DNA of 64,000 nucleotides from an uncultured Gemmatimonadota bacterium (GTDB lineage Bacteria; JAAXHH01): NCBI GenBank assembly GCA_951812955.1, contig OX638340.1, positions 3,456,001 to 3,520,000 of the forward strand, read 5' to 3'. Shown piece by piece: positions 14,414 to 23,126 of this stretch (position 1 is its first letter; each line of letters starts with the position of its first letter). The notes under the pieces were generated by a model. It saw only the letters and a program-made list of their open reading frames with translations, ran no database searches and was not told where the DNA came from. The position numbers and the translations under genes were made by a program.

Positions 14414-16807
14414 ATGTCGAGCATGGCGGAACTCAGGCGGGAGAATGACGCATTGCGCAAGAGCATCTCCACACTGAATTCGGCCAGCCTGCGCATCAGC
14501 GCAAGCCTGGACCTCGAGACCGTCTTACATGAGGTGGTGGAAAGCGCCTGTGCGCTGACCCAGGCCCGTCACGGCGCTATCGCAACGATGGACCAGGGGG
14601 GCCGGCCCATCGACTTTTACACTTCCGGACTCTCGGACGCAGCGCGACAGCAGTTGTTGGACTGGCCGGATGGTACAAGACTCTTTGAGCATTTCCGCGA
14701 CCTGCCAGGCGCGCTGAGACTGGCAGACGTGCGGGAATACGTTTGCTCGCTGGGCTACTCCCCGGATCTGCTACCGTTCAAGACCTTCCTGTGCATGCCG
14801 ATGCGTTATCGTGCCCTGCACGTCGGCAGCTTTTTTCTCACCGACAAGGAGGGCGGTGAAGATTTTACGGACGAGGACGAGGAGTTCCTCGTACTGTTTG
14901 CGTCGCAGGCCGCTACGGCGATTGTCAATGCCCGCACATACCGGGCGGAACAGCGCGCACGTGCCGACCTCGAAGCCCTGGTCGAGACCTCGCCGGTTGG
15001 CGTGGCGGTCTTCGACGCCGGAACAGGCCGGCCAAGTCGGTTCAATCGTGAGGCGAGACGGATCGTGGAGGTCCTGCTCACACCGGGAAGTCAGCCGGAG
15101 ACCTTGTTGGAACAGGTCACATTGAAGCGAGCCGACGGGCGTGAGATTGCGCTGGATCAGTTCCCGTTGTCGCAGGCACTGATCCACGCCGAGAACGTAC
15201 GGGCCGAGGAGATGGTGCTCTCTGTACCCGACGGACGTTCCGTCGCGACACTGGTCAACTGCACGCCTATACATTCGGAGGAAGGTGAGGTCATGTCCGT
15301 TGTCATCACGATGCAGGACCTGGCGCCGATACAGGAAATGGAACGGCTGCGGACAGAGTTCATCAGCATGGTAAGTCATGAACTGCGAGCCCCCCTCACC
15401 TCCATCAAGGGCTCGGCAGCCACTCTGATGGAAGCATCTCCTGGAATCGATCCCGCGGAGACGCGTGAGTTCTACCGCATTATCATGGAACAGACCGACC
15501 ATATGCGCAGGCTGATCAGCGACCTGCTGGATGCGGGCCGCATCTACACGGGCACGCTGTCGGTAGCGTCCGAGGCTTCTGAAGTCTCCGCACTGGTCGA
15601 CCAGGCGCGAAGCACGTTCCAGAGCGGGGGCAGCAAGCACACCCTCCTGATCGATCTCCCCCATGACCTGCCGAGTGTCATGGCCGATCGCGCGCGCATC
15701 ATACAGGTGTTGAACAATCTGCTCGTCAATTCCGCGCGGCATGCTCCAGAGTCCTCACCCATCCTGGTCTCCGCCGAGCACGACGGCCCGCATGTTACGA
15801 TTTCGGTACGCGATGAAGGCAGCGGCGTGGCGCCGGAAATGCTGCCGCACCTGTTTCAGAAGCACGGCGGACCCGACCGCCGCGACCGCTCTTCAAATAC
15901 GGCAGGCACGCGGCTGGGGCTTGCCATATGCAAAGGGCTCGTCGAGGCCCATGGAGGGCGTATCTGGGCAGAGAGCGCGGGCATCGGCCAGGGTACGTGC
16001 ATTACTTTTACAATTCCGGTAGCCCAGAAGTCAGTTGCCGCCGATCGCGGATCGGTTCGGACAGAATCGCATGGCAAAGACGAAGATATCAAACCGACAC
16101 GCATACTCGTGGTCGACGACGACCCACAGATGCTACGGTACATTCGGGACGTCCTCACGGAAACCGGTTACGACCCGATCGTAACCGGCGACCACGTCGA
16201 ACTGTCGAGCATCATTCGGGCCGAAAAACCCGAACTGGTCCTGCTGGACCTGCTGCTACCCGATACAGATGGAATCGAGCTGATGGGAAGCGTATCCGAA
16301 CTCTCCGATATCCCTGTCATCTTCATCTCGGCCTACGGACGAGATGAAACCATCGCGAAGGCGCTGGAACACGGAGCGGACGATTACCTGGTCAAGCCTT
16401 TCTCGCCTACGGAACTCGTGGCAAGGATACGGACGTCGCTGCGCAGGCGGGTGGATCCCGAACCGTTTCTGCTGGGTGACCTCGCCATCAACTACGACAG
16501 ACGCCTGGTGAGCGTGGCCGGCGACCAGGTCGATCTCACCGCCAAGGAGTACGAATTGCTGCGCGTGCTTTCCCTGAATGCCGGCCGGGTGTCGACGTTC
16601 GATGCCCTGATTCGCCAGGTTTGGGGCGTGTATGGATACGCCAACCACAAGCTTGTGCGCAGCCTGGTAAAGTCACTCCGGCGCAAGATCGGGGACGATG
16701 CACGCGCTCCCGACTACATTTTCAACGTGCGCGGGATCGGGTACCGGATGGCACGGCCCGCGGAACTCGAGGTGGAATCCCAAACATCGGAAGTCTCTTC
16801 GTATTAG
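14414..16807 (+). CDS. hybrid one-component regulator: GAF/PAS sensor - HisKA - HATPase_c - REC receiver - OmpR-type winged-helix DNA-binding domain
   Basis: RBS GGGAGAG. The N-terminal region is GAF-like (SASLRISASLDLETVLHEVVESACALT...). The H-box is VSHELRAPLTSIKG. The ATPase N/G boxes are VLNNLLVNSARHA...VRDEGSGVAPE...GTRLGLAICKGLVEAHGGRIWAES. The REC domain is ILVVDDDPQMLRYIRDVL...VLLDLLLPDTDGIEL...ISAYGRDE...GADDYLVKPF. The Trans_reg_C domain is LTAKEYELLRVLSLNAGRVSTFDALIRQVWG...IFNVRGIGYRM. Confidence 0.85.
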   Translation: MSSMAELRRENDALRKSISTLNSASLRISASLDLETVLHEVVESACALTQARHGAIATMDQGGRPIDFYTSGLSDAARQQLLDWPDGTRLFEHFRDLPGALRLADVREYVCSLGYSPDLLPFKTFLCMPMRYRALHVGSFFLTDKEGGEDFTDEDEEFLVLFASQAATAIVNARTYRAEQRARADLEALVETSPVGVAVFDAGTGRPSRFNREARRIVEVLLTPGSQPETLLEQVTLKRADGREIALDQFPLSQALIHAENVRAEEMVLSVPDGRSVATLVNCTPIHSEEGEVMSVVITMQDLAPIQEMERLRTEFISMVSHELRAPLTSIKGSAATLMEASPGIDPAETREFYRIIMEQTDHMRRLISDLLDAGRIYTGTLSVASEASEVSALVDQARSTFQSGGSKHTLLIDLPHDLPSVMADRARIIQVLNNLLVNSARHAPESSPILVSAEHDGPHVTISVRDEGSGVAPEMLPHLFQKHGGPDRRDRSSNTAGTRLGLAICKGLVEAHGGRIWAESAGIGQGTCITFTIPVAQKSVAADRGSVRTESHGKDEDIKPTRILVVDDDPQMLRYIRDVLTETGYDPIVTGDHVELSSIIRAEKPELVLLDLLLPDTDGIELMGSVSELSDIPVIFISAYGRDETIAKALEHGADDYLVKPFSPTELVARIRTSLRRRVDPEPFLLGDLAINYDRRLVSVAGDQVDLTAKEYELLRVLSLNAGRVSTFDALIRQVWGVYGYANHKLVRSLVKSLRRKIGDDARAPDYIFNVRGIGYRMARPAELEVESQTSEVSSY

Positions 16808-16847
16808 GGCGCTCCGTGAGTCTGTAACGATTACAGATAAAGACTGG

Positions 16848-17093
16848 CTATCGTTCAAATATATGGTCCACCTTCTTTTCCAGTGTATCAAAACGCTTGT
16901 CCATACGTGTAAATCCAGCGTCAACCTTCTTTGCAAGATCGCCATGTCTTAATTCAACTGTCCTTATCCTTGTTCCGATTTTATCATGCGCTTCATCGGC
17001 ATTCGCCACGATGCGCTTTTCCATCGCATCGAGTGCTTCAATTAGCTCTTTCTTGGATACACTCGGTGGGCTACCCGGTCCACTATAAGCCAA
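16848..17093 (-). CDS. small coiled-coil protein (XhlA/DUF1640-like), 81 aa
   Basis: The coiled-coil C-terminus TRIRTVELRHGDLAKKVDAGFTRMDKRFDTLEKKVDHIFER shares the M[ND]KR[LF]..[VL]E..V motif with ORF 5850..6227. GC is lower than surrounding genes. It is convergent with the regulator gene 14414..16807, mirroring the arrangement at 5560-6227. Confidence 0.5.
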   Translation of the reverse strand: MAYSGPGSPPSVSKKELIEALDAMEKRIVANADEAHDKIGTRIRTVELRHGDLAKKVDAGFTRMDKRFDTLEKKVDHIFER

Positions 17094-17169
17094 TTCAATT
17101 CCCCTTTCTAACCAATGTATTTAAACAGGCATATATCGACACCATATCGGTATATGACATGTATATGCT

Positions 17170-17360
17170 ACATAAGGAAATCAACTCTCCACGCGTTCGA
17201 GCCTTCTGTTCATTGCGTTGAATGATCAATATTCAACCCAGTTCGACACACCTGTTATTGGTTATAGTCGGAATCCAATCCGGAATCTCGAACGTTTTTT
17301 AAAAATAATGTTAAAAAGTTCCGTTACCTCGTTCCTTCGTCCAAAGAACATCGGGCGAAC
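17170..17360. repeat. composite AT-rich element: small-gene C-terminal remnant (FNAMNRRLERVES*, minus) + TAGTCGGAATC + CTCGAACGTTTTTT...AAAAAGTTC + decayed LRR-gene leader
   Basis: The revcomp of 17181-17222 reads FNAMNRRLERVES*. 17195-17245 aligns to 13720-13765. The palindrome is GAACGTTTTTT...AAAAAGTTC. The tail gttacctcgttccttcgtccaaagaacatcgggcgaacatcc is a paralog of 13830-13870. Confidence 0.65.
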
Positions 17361-17429
17361 ATCCCGAATGAAGAATCAAGGCGCCCCTTGATTCGTCCTC
17401 GTATATAGGATATTAATACCATAATATAG

Positions 17430-17495
17430 AGCACGCTCATCACAGTTGATCTCGCTCTGGCTAGCACGCTCATCACAGTTGAACTCGCACTGGCT
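17430..17495. repeat. two tandem 33-bp direct repeats ~40 bp upstream of the thiolase start
   Basis: agcacgctcatcacagttgatctcgctctggct / agcacgctcatcacagttgaactcgcactggct. Confidence 0.7.
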
Positions 17496-17536
17496 ATGTA
17501 CTCGAGATTCTGATCCGAGATAGAAAGGCACCCGAA

Positions 17537-18658
17537 ATGAACAACAAGCGCGTCGCCATCGTCGCGGGCGGCCGGACGCCCTTCATAAAGTCGGGCAAGG
17601 CCTTCGCCGAAATCGATTCCCTGGCCATGGCCGTCCACGCCACACGGGGCATGCTGGACCGGAGCGGGATCGACCTGGAGCTGATCGAATCGGTCGTTTT
17701 CGGCACGATGACGCCCGATCCCTTGAAGCCCAACCTGGCCCGGGAGCTCGTCTTCGAGGCGGGGCTGCCGATCCGCGCCGAGGCCCATACCGTGGCTTCC
17801 TACTGCATCACTGGCCTGCGGGCGGTCACGGTCGTCGCCGACGCCATCGCCGGCGGCCGCATCGACGTGGGCCTGGCAGGCGGGGTCGATTCGCTGACGC
17901 GCGCCTCCATGGACCTCTTCCGCGAGCCGTCCACCGGCCTGAACATGGGCCAGCACATGGAGTTGACGTGCAAGGAGTGGGATATTCCGCGCGAAAGGCA
18001 GGACGAGGTGGCCCTGGCCAGCCACCGCAACGCCGTGGCCGCGCGCGAGAAGCTGGCCGGGGAAATCCACCCGCTGGCGGGTGAGGAAGCCGATTCGGGA
18101 CCGAGGGCGGACACCTCGCTCGAGGCCCTGGCCGCGCTGAAGCCCGTATTCGACCCGGAAAACGGCACGCTCACGGCGGGGAATTCGTCGCCTGTGACCG
18201 ACGGCGCCGCGGCGGTGCTGCTGATGAGCGAGGAGAAAGCCGCTCAATGCGGCCTGGAACCGCTGGCGTACATCGGGGGCATGGCCTACGCCGCCCATGA
18301 CCCTGCCGAGGGCCTGCTCATGGCGCCGGCCATCGCCGTGCCCCGGCTCCTGGAAAGCCGGAACCTGGCCATGGCCGACATGGACCTGGTGGAGATCCAC
18401 GAAGCCTTCGCGGCCCAGGCGTTGGCCAGCGCGGCGGCGTGGGAAAGGGGCTGGAAGGGTGCGCCGACGGGCCCGGTCGACTGGACCCGCGTGAACGTCA
18501 ACGGCAGTTCAATCGCCGTGGGCCATCCGTGGGCGGCCACCGGTACACGCATCCTGACGACCCTGGCCAACGAGATGGCCAGGCGCGACGCCCGCTACGG
18601 CCTGGTCAGCATCTGCGCCGCTGGAGCCATGGCGGGCGCGTTCCTGCTGGAGCGGTAG
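17537..18658 (+). CDS. acetyl-CoA C-acyltransferase / thiolase
   Basis: N-terminal active-site region VAIVAGGRTPF...; C-terminal thiolase signatures NVNGSSIAVGHPWAATGTRI and GLVSICAAGAMAGAFLLE; RBS GAAAGG. Confidence 0.85.
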   Translation: MNNKRVAIVAGGRTPFIKSGKAFAEIDSLAMAVHATRGMLDRSGIDLELIESVVFGTMTPDPLKPNLARELVFEAGLPIRAEAHTVASYCITGLRAVTVVADAIAGGRIDVGLAGGVDSLTRASMDLFREPSTGLNMGQHMELTCKEWDIPRERQDEVALASHRNAVAAREKLAGEIHPLAGEEADSGPRADTSLEALAALKPVFDPENGTLTAGNSSPVTDGAAAVLLMSEEKAAQCGLEPLAYIGGMAYAAHDPAEGLLMAPAIAVPRLLESRNLAMADMDLVEIHEAFAAQALASAAAWERGWKGAPTGPVDWTRVNVNGSSIAVGHPWAATGTRILTTLANEMARRDARYGLVSICAAGAMAGAFLLER

Positions 18659-18783
18659 GCGGCATGGCTAGTAGGTTGGTGTTGTTTCTCTGAAGAAGAT
18701 TCCTGTCGGATCGCTGATGAATGGTTCTTCCTTCTCCAGATATTCTGAACTTTGTCAATCAGGAGTCGATTACCCGTTGTAGT

Positions 18784-18987
18784 CTACTCTAGCAACGACT
18801 TGATCAGCGGAACGACGACGCACGCCAGCACGACGCCAAGTGTCCATTTAATCAGTTTTATATCGCTCTGCATGGATGATAGTTTCCGCTCAAAGTCCGC
18901 TATTTCTTCGGCGGCTTCGCTGGCGGCTGCTTCCGGAGCGCCCGCGGCTACGAGTGCGGCATAGGTCTTGGAAAGCATGATGGGCAT
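18784..18987 (-). CDS. small XhlA-like protein: N-terminal coiled coil + C-terminal TM helix (67 aa)
   Basis: ...EEIADFERKLSSMQSDIKLIKWTLGVVLACVVVPLIKSLL; AT-richer codon usage; sits in an AT-rich island next to another TAGTCGGAA element. Confidence 0.4.
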   Translation of the reverse strand: MPIMLSKTYAALVAAGAPEAAASEAAEEIADFERKLSSMQSDIKLIKWTLGVVLACVVVPLIKSLLE

Positions 18988-19149
18988 GATATGATCTATT
19001 GATCGAGCGTTCTTACCATCTGTAAACGAAATCTACGGCACGCGTATGATATTCGTTGCTTCTAATTTAAGTCCCTAATAAATCCTACACGAATTAATTA
19101 CCTAACAGCGCGATGATGCTCCAAACTGGTCCTGCCCTGCCGAGACCTG

Positions 19150-19204
19150 CCCTTCACTTATGCTAGTCGGAAACCAGGTAACTTTTCTCGATTTTTATTT
19201 TCAA
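19150..19204. repeat. copy of TAGTCGGAR...CTCGAwTTTTT element
   Basis: atgctagtcggaaaccaggtaacttttctcgatttttattttc. Confidence 0.5.
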
Positions 19205-19365
19205 GGATGGTATTGGGCGATGAGATCATCCTCACCTTTACCCTACTCTCCGCCGCGCCGTACCTGCTCTAAATTCACGTCTGGATGGGCGATGAGATCG
19301 GTTACTCGTCCGCCCTACTCCCCTCCCCGCCGTTCCTGCTCGAACTTCACGTCCGGATGGGCGAT
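19205..19365. repeat. three tandem ~72-78-bp units spanning the 3' end/stop codon of the LptD-like gene
   Basis: Units start GGATGG(G)CGATGAG at 19205, 19283 and 19355. Units A and B are non-coding copies that would encode LIAHPDVNLEQVRRGGE*, compared with the real C-terminus IAHPDVKFEQERRGGE*. Confidence 0.75.
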
Positions 19366-21801
19366 GAGGTTGATCCGGAAGTAGATCCCCTTGTTGATGC
19401 CGTTCGGCACCCACCTGAAGGTGAACTCCCAGCAGTGCAGGGACCTGTACAGGTCCAGGCTGTGGGAGACGATTTCCTTGCGGCGGTAGTCGTAGTTGAT
19501 CGAGTGCTGGACGCGCCAGTTGTCTGTCACGCGATTGGAAATCCTGAGCGGGTTGGTGATGTCGGCCAGGGCGAACCGGTTCGTGGCCCGGATTTCGTGA
19601 CTGCTGGTGCTGAATCCCTTCTCGTCATCGGGTTTGCTGCGCCGGATGGAGTAGCGGTGGGAAAGCCGCACCGTCCAGGGGCCCTTCACCTGGGAGAAGC
19701 GCTGGTTGAACCGGTCGTCTCCGTACCCGCCGTACCCGCCGAAGTCGTTGCCGAGCCCTCCGCCGGAAAACCCTCCACCCGACCCTAGCCCTCCGCCGGA
19801 AAACCCGTCGCCGAACTGGTCGTCCCCGAAGCCCTGTCCGCGCTCGTCTCTGCGCGGTCCCACGAGGTTGAAAGACGTATTCAGCGTCATGCGCTCCAGC
19901 CACGGCCGGCGGAACGCTTCGGTATCGGGATCGTAGAAATCGTGGCGCAGCGACAGGTCCAGATTGAATCGGCGGCTCGGGATGCGCACGGTGGTCGCCA
20001 GGTCCGCCAGCTTCTTCGTATCGTTCTGGAAGTTGTAGGAGGTCGAGGATTTGACGTACACCAGCTTGTTGTACTTCTTCTCGCGGCCATTGTGCTCCGT
20101 CCTGGCCTGCAGGATGTTGTTCACGGAGAAACGCAGCGACTTCCGGACGCTTCCCCCGCCGGACTGGGTGAAGGAGATGTTGGGCGTGACCACGTGGCGT
20201 ATCGCGTTCAGCCGGCCGATCTTCGGCTCGAAGAGGCCGTACAGCGTCGTGGTGGCCGACATGCCCACCGAATGGTCTTCCGTCGTTTCGATATTCCCGT
20301 CGGACTCTTCGCCCGTGTCCTGCTCCCAGGTCCGGGTGTACCGGGCCTGTGGGCGCAGCTTCAGCCAGTCCCCGATCTTCTGCGGCGCGCTCAGGTTGAA
20401 GGCGTTGGAGAAGGTCCGTATGGTGTCGTGCCGGTAGTTGTACCGGATATCCGGGCCGGTATAGGTCGTGTCCCTGTCGAGCCGCACGTTGTTCCTGCGG
20501 TTTCTCAGCGTGTTGTTGAAGCCGAAGAGGAAGGAGTGGTACCAGCGGCTCTCGATCTGCGTGCGGGGCCGGCTGAAGTCGGGCATGCTGCCCCGCCGGG
20601 TCTGCCGCTTGGGTGGCTGGATGATCGGGCGCGTCGCGAACCGGAACCGGAGCGTGGTGGTCGGCCGGCTCGGCTTGCCCGACGAGCTGGTCGAGGACGT
20701 GCTCAGGTTGAGGCTGTTCCGGCCGAACTTCTTGTCCACCGCGAAGCTGGAACGGGTCGTGGACCGCAGGAGCCCGGGGTCCGTCCCCCGCGTCGTCGAA
20801 TGCAGGTACCGCAGCGACTGGGCGAAGTTGCCCTGGCCGCGTACCGTCAGCCCGGGGAGCAGTTCCTGCCGGTGCCGGGCGGCCACGTCCCAGCCGGTCG
20901 TCTTCCCGTTGAAATCGGTCCGCCAGGAGCCGCTCGCCGAACCCCTCAGCCGGCGGTCCTGCCGGTACTGGAACCGCTGTCTCAGCAGGAACCCAGTCTT
21001 GGCCTCCACATCCCCGGTGACTTTCAGGTCGAAGTATTCGTTCGGTGCCCAGTAGTAGCCCAGGTTGCGCAGGTAACGGCCTTCCTCCACGCCGCTGCCG
21101 TAGTTCGGCACCGTAAGCCCGGACTGCCGGCCCGTCTTCACCGAGAAGACGTATACGGGCAGATAGATCACCGGTATGCCCAGAATGTAGCCCGTCACGT
21201 TCCGGACGACCGCTTTGTCTTCGGGGACGATCTTCGCCTTGTTGATCCGGAGATAGTAGTGCAGGTGGTTCGGATTGTCGCAGGTGGTGTAGGTCCCTTC
21301 TTCTATTTCGTAGGTCCTGTCGGCGTTGAGCCGCATGACATCGCCGTTGAAGAACCCTTGATCGTAGCGGATGCGGCCCTTCCATATCTGCCCCTCGCCC
21401 GTCTTCATGTCGTACTGCATGCGCTCCCCGACCACGATGTTGTCGGCGTCCTGCAACCTGGGGTAGGTATTGGTTTCCGGATCGATGTCCGGCGAAGGCG
21501 GCAGGAAGTCCGCGGTCAGCAACTCGGTATAGGTGTGGAATCTAAGCCGGCCGGCCGTCAGCTCGACGTCGCCGTACTGCAGCTCGGCGCTTCCGGCCAG
21601 CACAAGCGTGCTGTCGCCGAACACGTACTCGATGCGGTCCGCGTTGTATTCGATCTCCGGCAATCCGGTCGTATCGGCCTCCGCGCCCGCCGTGCCCGTA
21701 CCCGAGGAAGGGAACTGCGCGAAGGACGCCTCGGGGAGGGACAACAGCAGCAGGCCGAGCAGCAGGCAGACCGGCAGAAACCGTTTAGCAGCGGCCGTCA
21801 T
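19315..21801 (-). CDS. LptD/OstA-family outer-membrane protein (probable LPS-assembly beta-barrel)
   Basis: Signal peptide MTAAAKRFLPVCLLLGLLLLSLPEASFA. N-terminal OstA-like segment ADRIEYVFGDSTLVLAGSAELQYGDVELTAGRLRFH. Then ~700 aa rich in alternating aromatic/Gly beta-strand patterns. The long plus-strand and internal minus-strand overlapping ORFs are GC-bias artefacts. Confidence 0.55.
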   Translation of the reverse strand: MTAAAKRFLPVCLLLGLLLLSLPEASFAQFPSSGTGTAGAEADTTGLPEIEYNADRIEYVFGDSTLVLAGSAELQYGDVELTAGRLRFHTYTELLTADFLPPSPDIDPETNTYPRLQDADNIVVGERMQYDMKTGEGQIWKGRIRYDQGFFNGDVMRLNADRTYEIEEGTYTTCDNPNHLHYYLRINKAKIVPEDKAVVRNVTGYILGIPVIYLPVYVFSVKTGRQSGLTVPNYGSGVEEGRYLRNLGYYWAPNEYFDLKVTGDVEAKTGFLLRQRFQYRQDRRLRGSASGSWRTDFNGKTTGWDVAARHRQELLPGLTVRGQGNFAQSLRYLHSTTRGTDPGLLRSTTRSSFAVDKKFGRNSLNLSTSSTSSSGKPSRPTTTLRFRFATRPIIQPPKRQTRRGSMPDFSRPRTQIESRWYHSFLFGFNNTLRNRRNNVRLDRDTTYTGPDIRYNYRHDTIRTFSNAFNLSAPQKIGDWLKLRPQARYTRTWEQDTGEESDGNIETTEDHSVGMSATTTLYGLFEPKIGRLNAIRHVVTPNISFTQSGGGSVRKSLRFSVNNILQARTEHNGREKKYNKLVYVKSSTSYNFQNDTKKLADLATTVRIPSRRFNLDLSLRHDFYDPDTEAFRRPWLERMTLNTSFNLVGPRRDERGQGFGDDQFGDGFSGGGLGSGGGFSGGGLGNDFGGYGGYGDDRFNQRFSQVKGPWTVRLSHRYSIRRSKPDDEKGFSTSSHEIRATNRFALADITNPLRISNRVTDNWRVQHSINYDYRRKEIVSHSLDLYRSLHCWEFTFRWVPNGINKGIYFRINLIAHPDVKFEQERRGGE

Positions 21802-22163
21802 GCATCTATCTTTACTTTTTTGATAATTAATATTAATGATATTCCTCAGTTATTCAGAATTGACTTGTAAATACGGACAGATTATGTATTATAGTCTGCA
21901 TGGTTCCTTTAGTTCCTTAAATAATCTAAGGACTACGGGAATCCGGCGAAAGCGTTTCGTCTCCTGATTTCGCGAAAGTCGGTCTCATGGAAGCCGCTTA
22001 TTCCGGATAGGGCGATTCAGACGAAACGAAGGCCGGAAGGAACAGGATAGGACCGGGGATCGGAGCGGAATATGCATCCCGGAGTTTGTACAGTTAAGTA
22101 GCGGTCGGCCGCGTATGCCGGCGCGAAAGCCCGGTGGACAAAAGAATTCTTGAAGAAAAAAGT

Positions 22164-22192
22164 TTGACATCCGTAATGGCTATCACTATACT
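22164..22192 (+). promoter_or_regulatory. near-consensus sigma70-type promoter (TTGACA-17-TATACT)
   Basis: TTGACA 22164-22169, 17-nt spacer, TATACT 22187-22192. The nearest downstream plus-strand gene starts at 22517, implying a ~320-nt leader or an independent small transcript. Confidence 0.45.
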
Positions 22193-22516
22193 GGCAATTA
22201 GTATTGACTTTTCGGGCGGAATCCTTTATGGAGCATTGGATGCTGCCTGGCAAAGGCAGGCAAGCTTCCGGTCTACCAAACCGACATTGCGTTACGGGCA
22301 ATACCAGCCCGCCGAAGAATGGCAAATGTTCCGGCTCCATCCCTTTCGGATTCAAAACTGGTTCTTTGAAAACTTGTACGGTCAGTTGGAGTTATGGAAG
22401 CAGCAGGGAAGGAATGCGTTGTGATACGATGCAGTAAAAAGATTCATTTTTTCCTTGCGTTATCGAAACAAAACATATTATATGGGTTCAAATCACGTAC
22501 TTTTGTGTGAGGAGAT

Positions 22517-23020
22517 ATGGCAAGAATCGTATTTCTTTTAATAGCCACGCTTGTATGCCATAACGCATACGCCCAGTTGGATCTCAACGTGGGAGTGGCC
22601 GGCAGCAGGTCCTATGCCTGTCTCGCAGATCAAACCGATTCGGGAATCGGGATCGGCATTCGCGGTGAAATGGCGGCGGATTTGAACGATCGGTTTCAGT
22701 TCATCGGAAACTTGTCGCTTGAACGGCACAATAGCGATTTCTTGTCCCTCCCGGTCATGGCCGGGTTGAGGGTGTCTACCACATCGGATGACGACATGTT
22801 CTGTTTCGTCCAGGCCACGGGAGGAAGGTCGTACAGGGTCTATGGCGATGAAGACAACCAGTCCGCTTGGATTATGAACGCAGGCATCGGTACGGTGTGG
22901 AACAGGCTGGGCGCGATTGTGGAGTACAATACATCACGCAGCAATGTGTACAATGATGCACGCGATAAGTGGAGTTGGATTTCTGTTCGTACATTCTTAA
23001 GGTTACCACTTGGTTTTTAG
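22517..23020 (+). CDS. small outer-membrane beta-barrel protein (OmpA-like/OMP_b-brl family)
   Basis: Signal peptide MARIVFLLIATLVCHNAYAQ; 167 aa with alternating hydrophobic beta-strand pattern; ends ...FLRLPLGF (C-terminal aromatic); RBS GAGGAG. Confidence 0.5.
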   Translation: MARIVFLLIATLVCHNAYAQLDLNVGVAGSRSYACLADQTDSGIGIGIRGEMAADLNDRFQFIGNLSLERHNSDFLSLPVMAGLRVSTTSDDDMFCFVQATGGRSYRVYGDEDNQSAWIMNAGIGTVWNRLGAIVEYNTSRSNVYNDARDKWSWISVRTFLRLPLGF

Positions 23021-23126
23021 TGTCCATGCCAATACTTAGGGCATAAGGGAAAGGAGTGCATATAGATTGCATACTTTTGTACAAGAGAAGATAGTTAAGT
23101 GCAGTTCTCATCTACGGGAGATACAG

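Noticed and set aside
17324-18400. 358-aa minus-strand ORF overlapping the thiolase gene
   Set aside because: The thiolase on the plus strand has unmistakable family signatures. The antisense ORF is an Arg/Gly/His-rich GC artefact.
19625-21870. ORFs 19625..21385 (-, other frame) and 19942..21870 (+, 642 aa) overlapping the LptD-like gene
   Set aside because: They are alternative-frame or antisense artefacts. Only the 19315..21801 frame has a signal peptide and beta-barrel-like composition.
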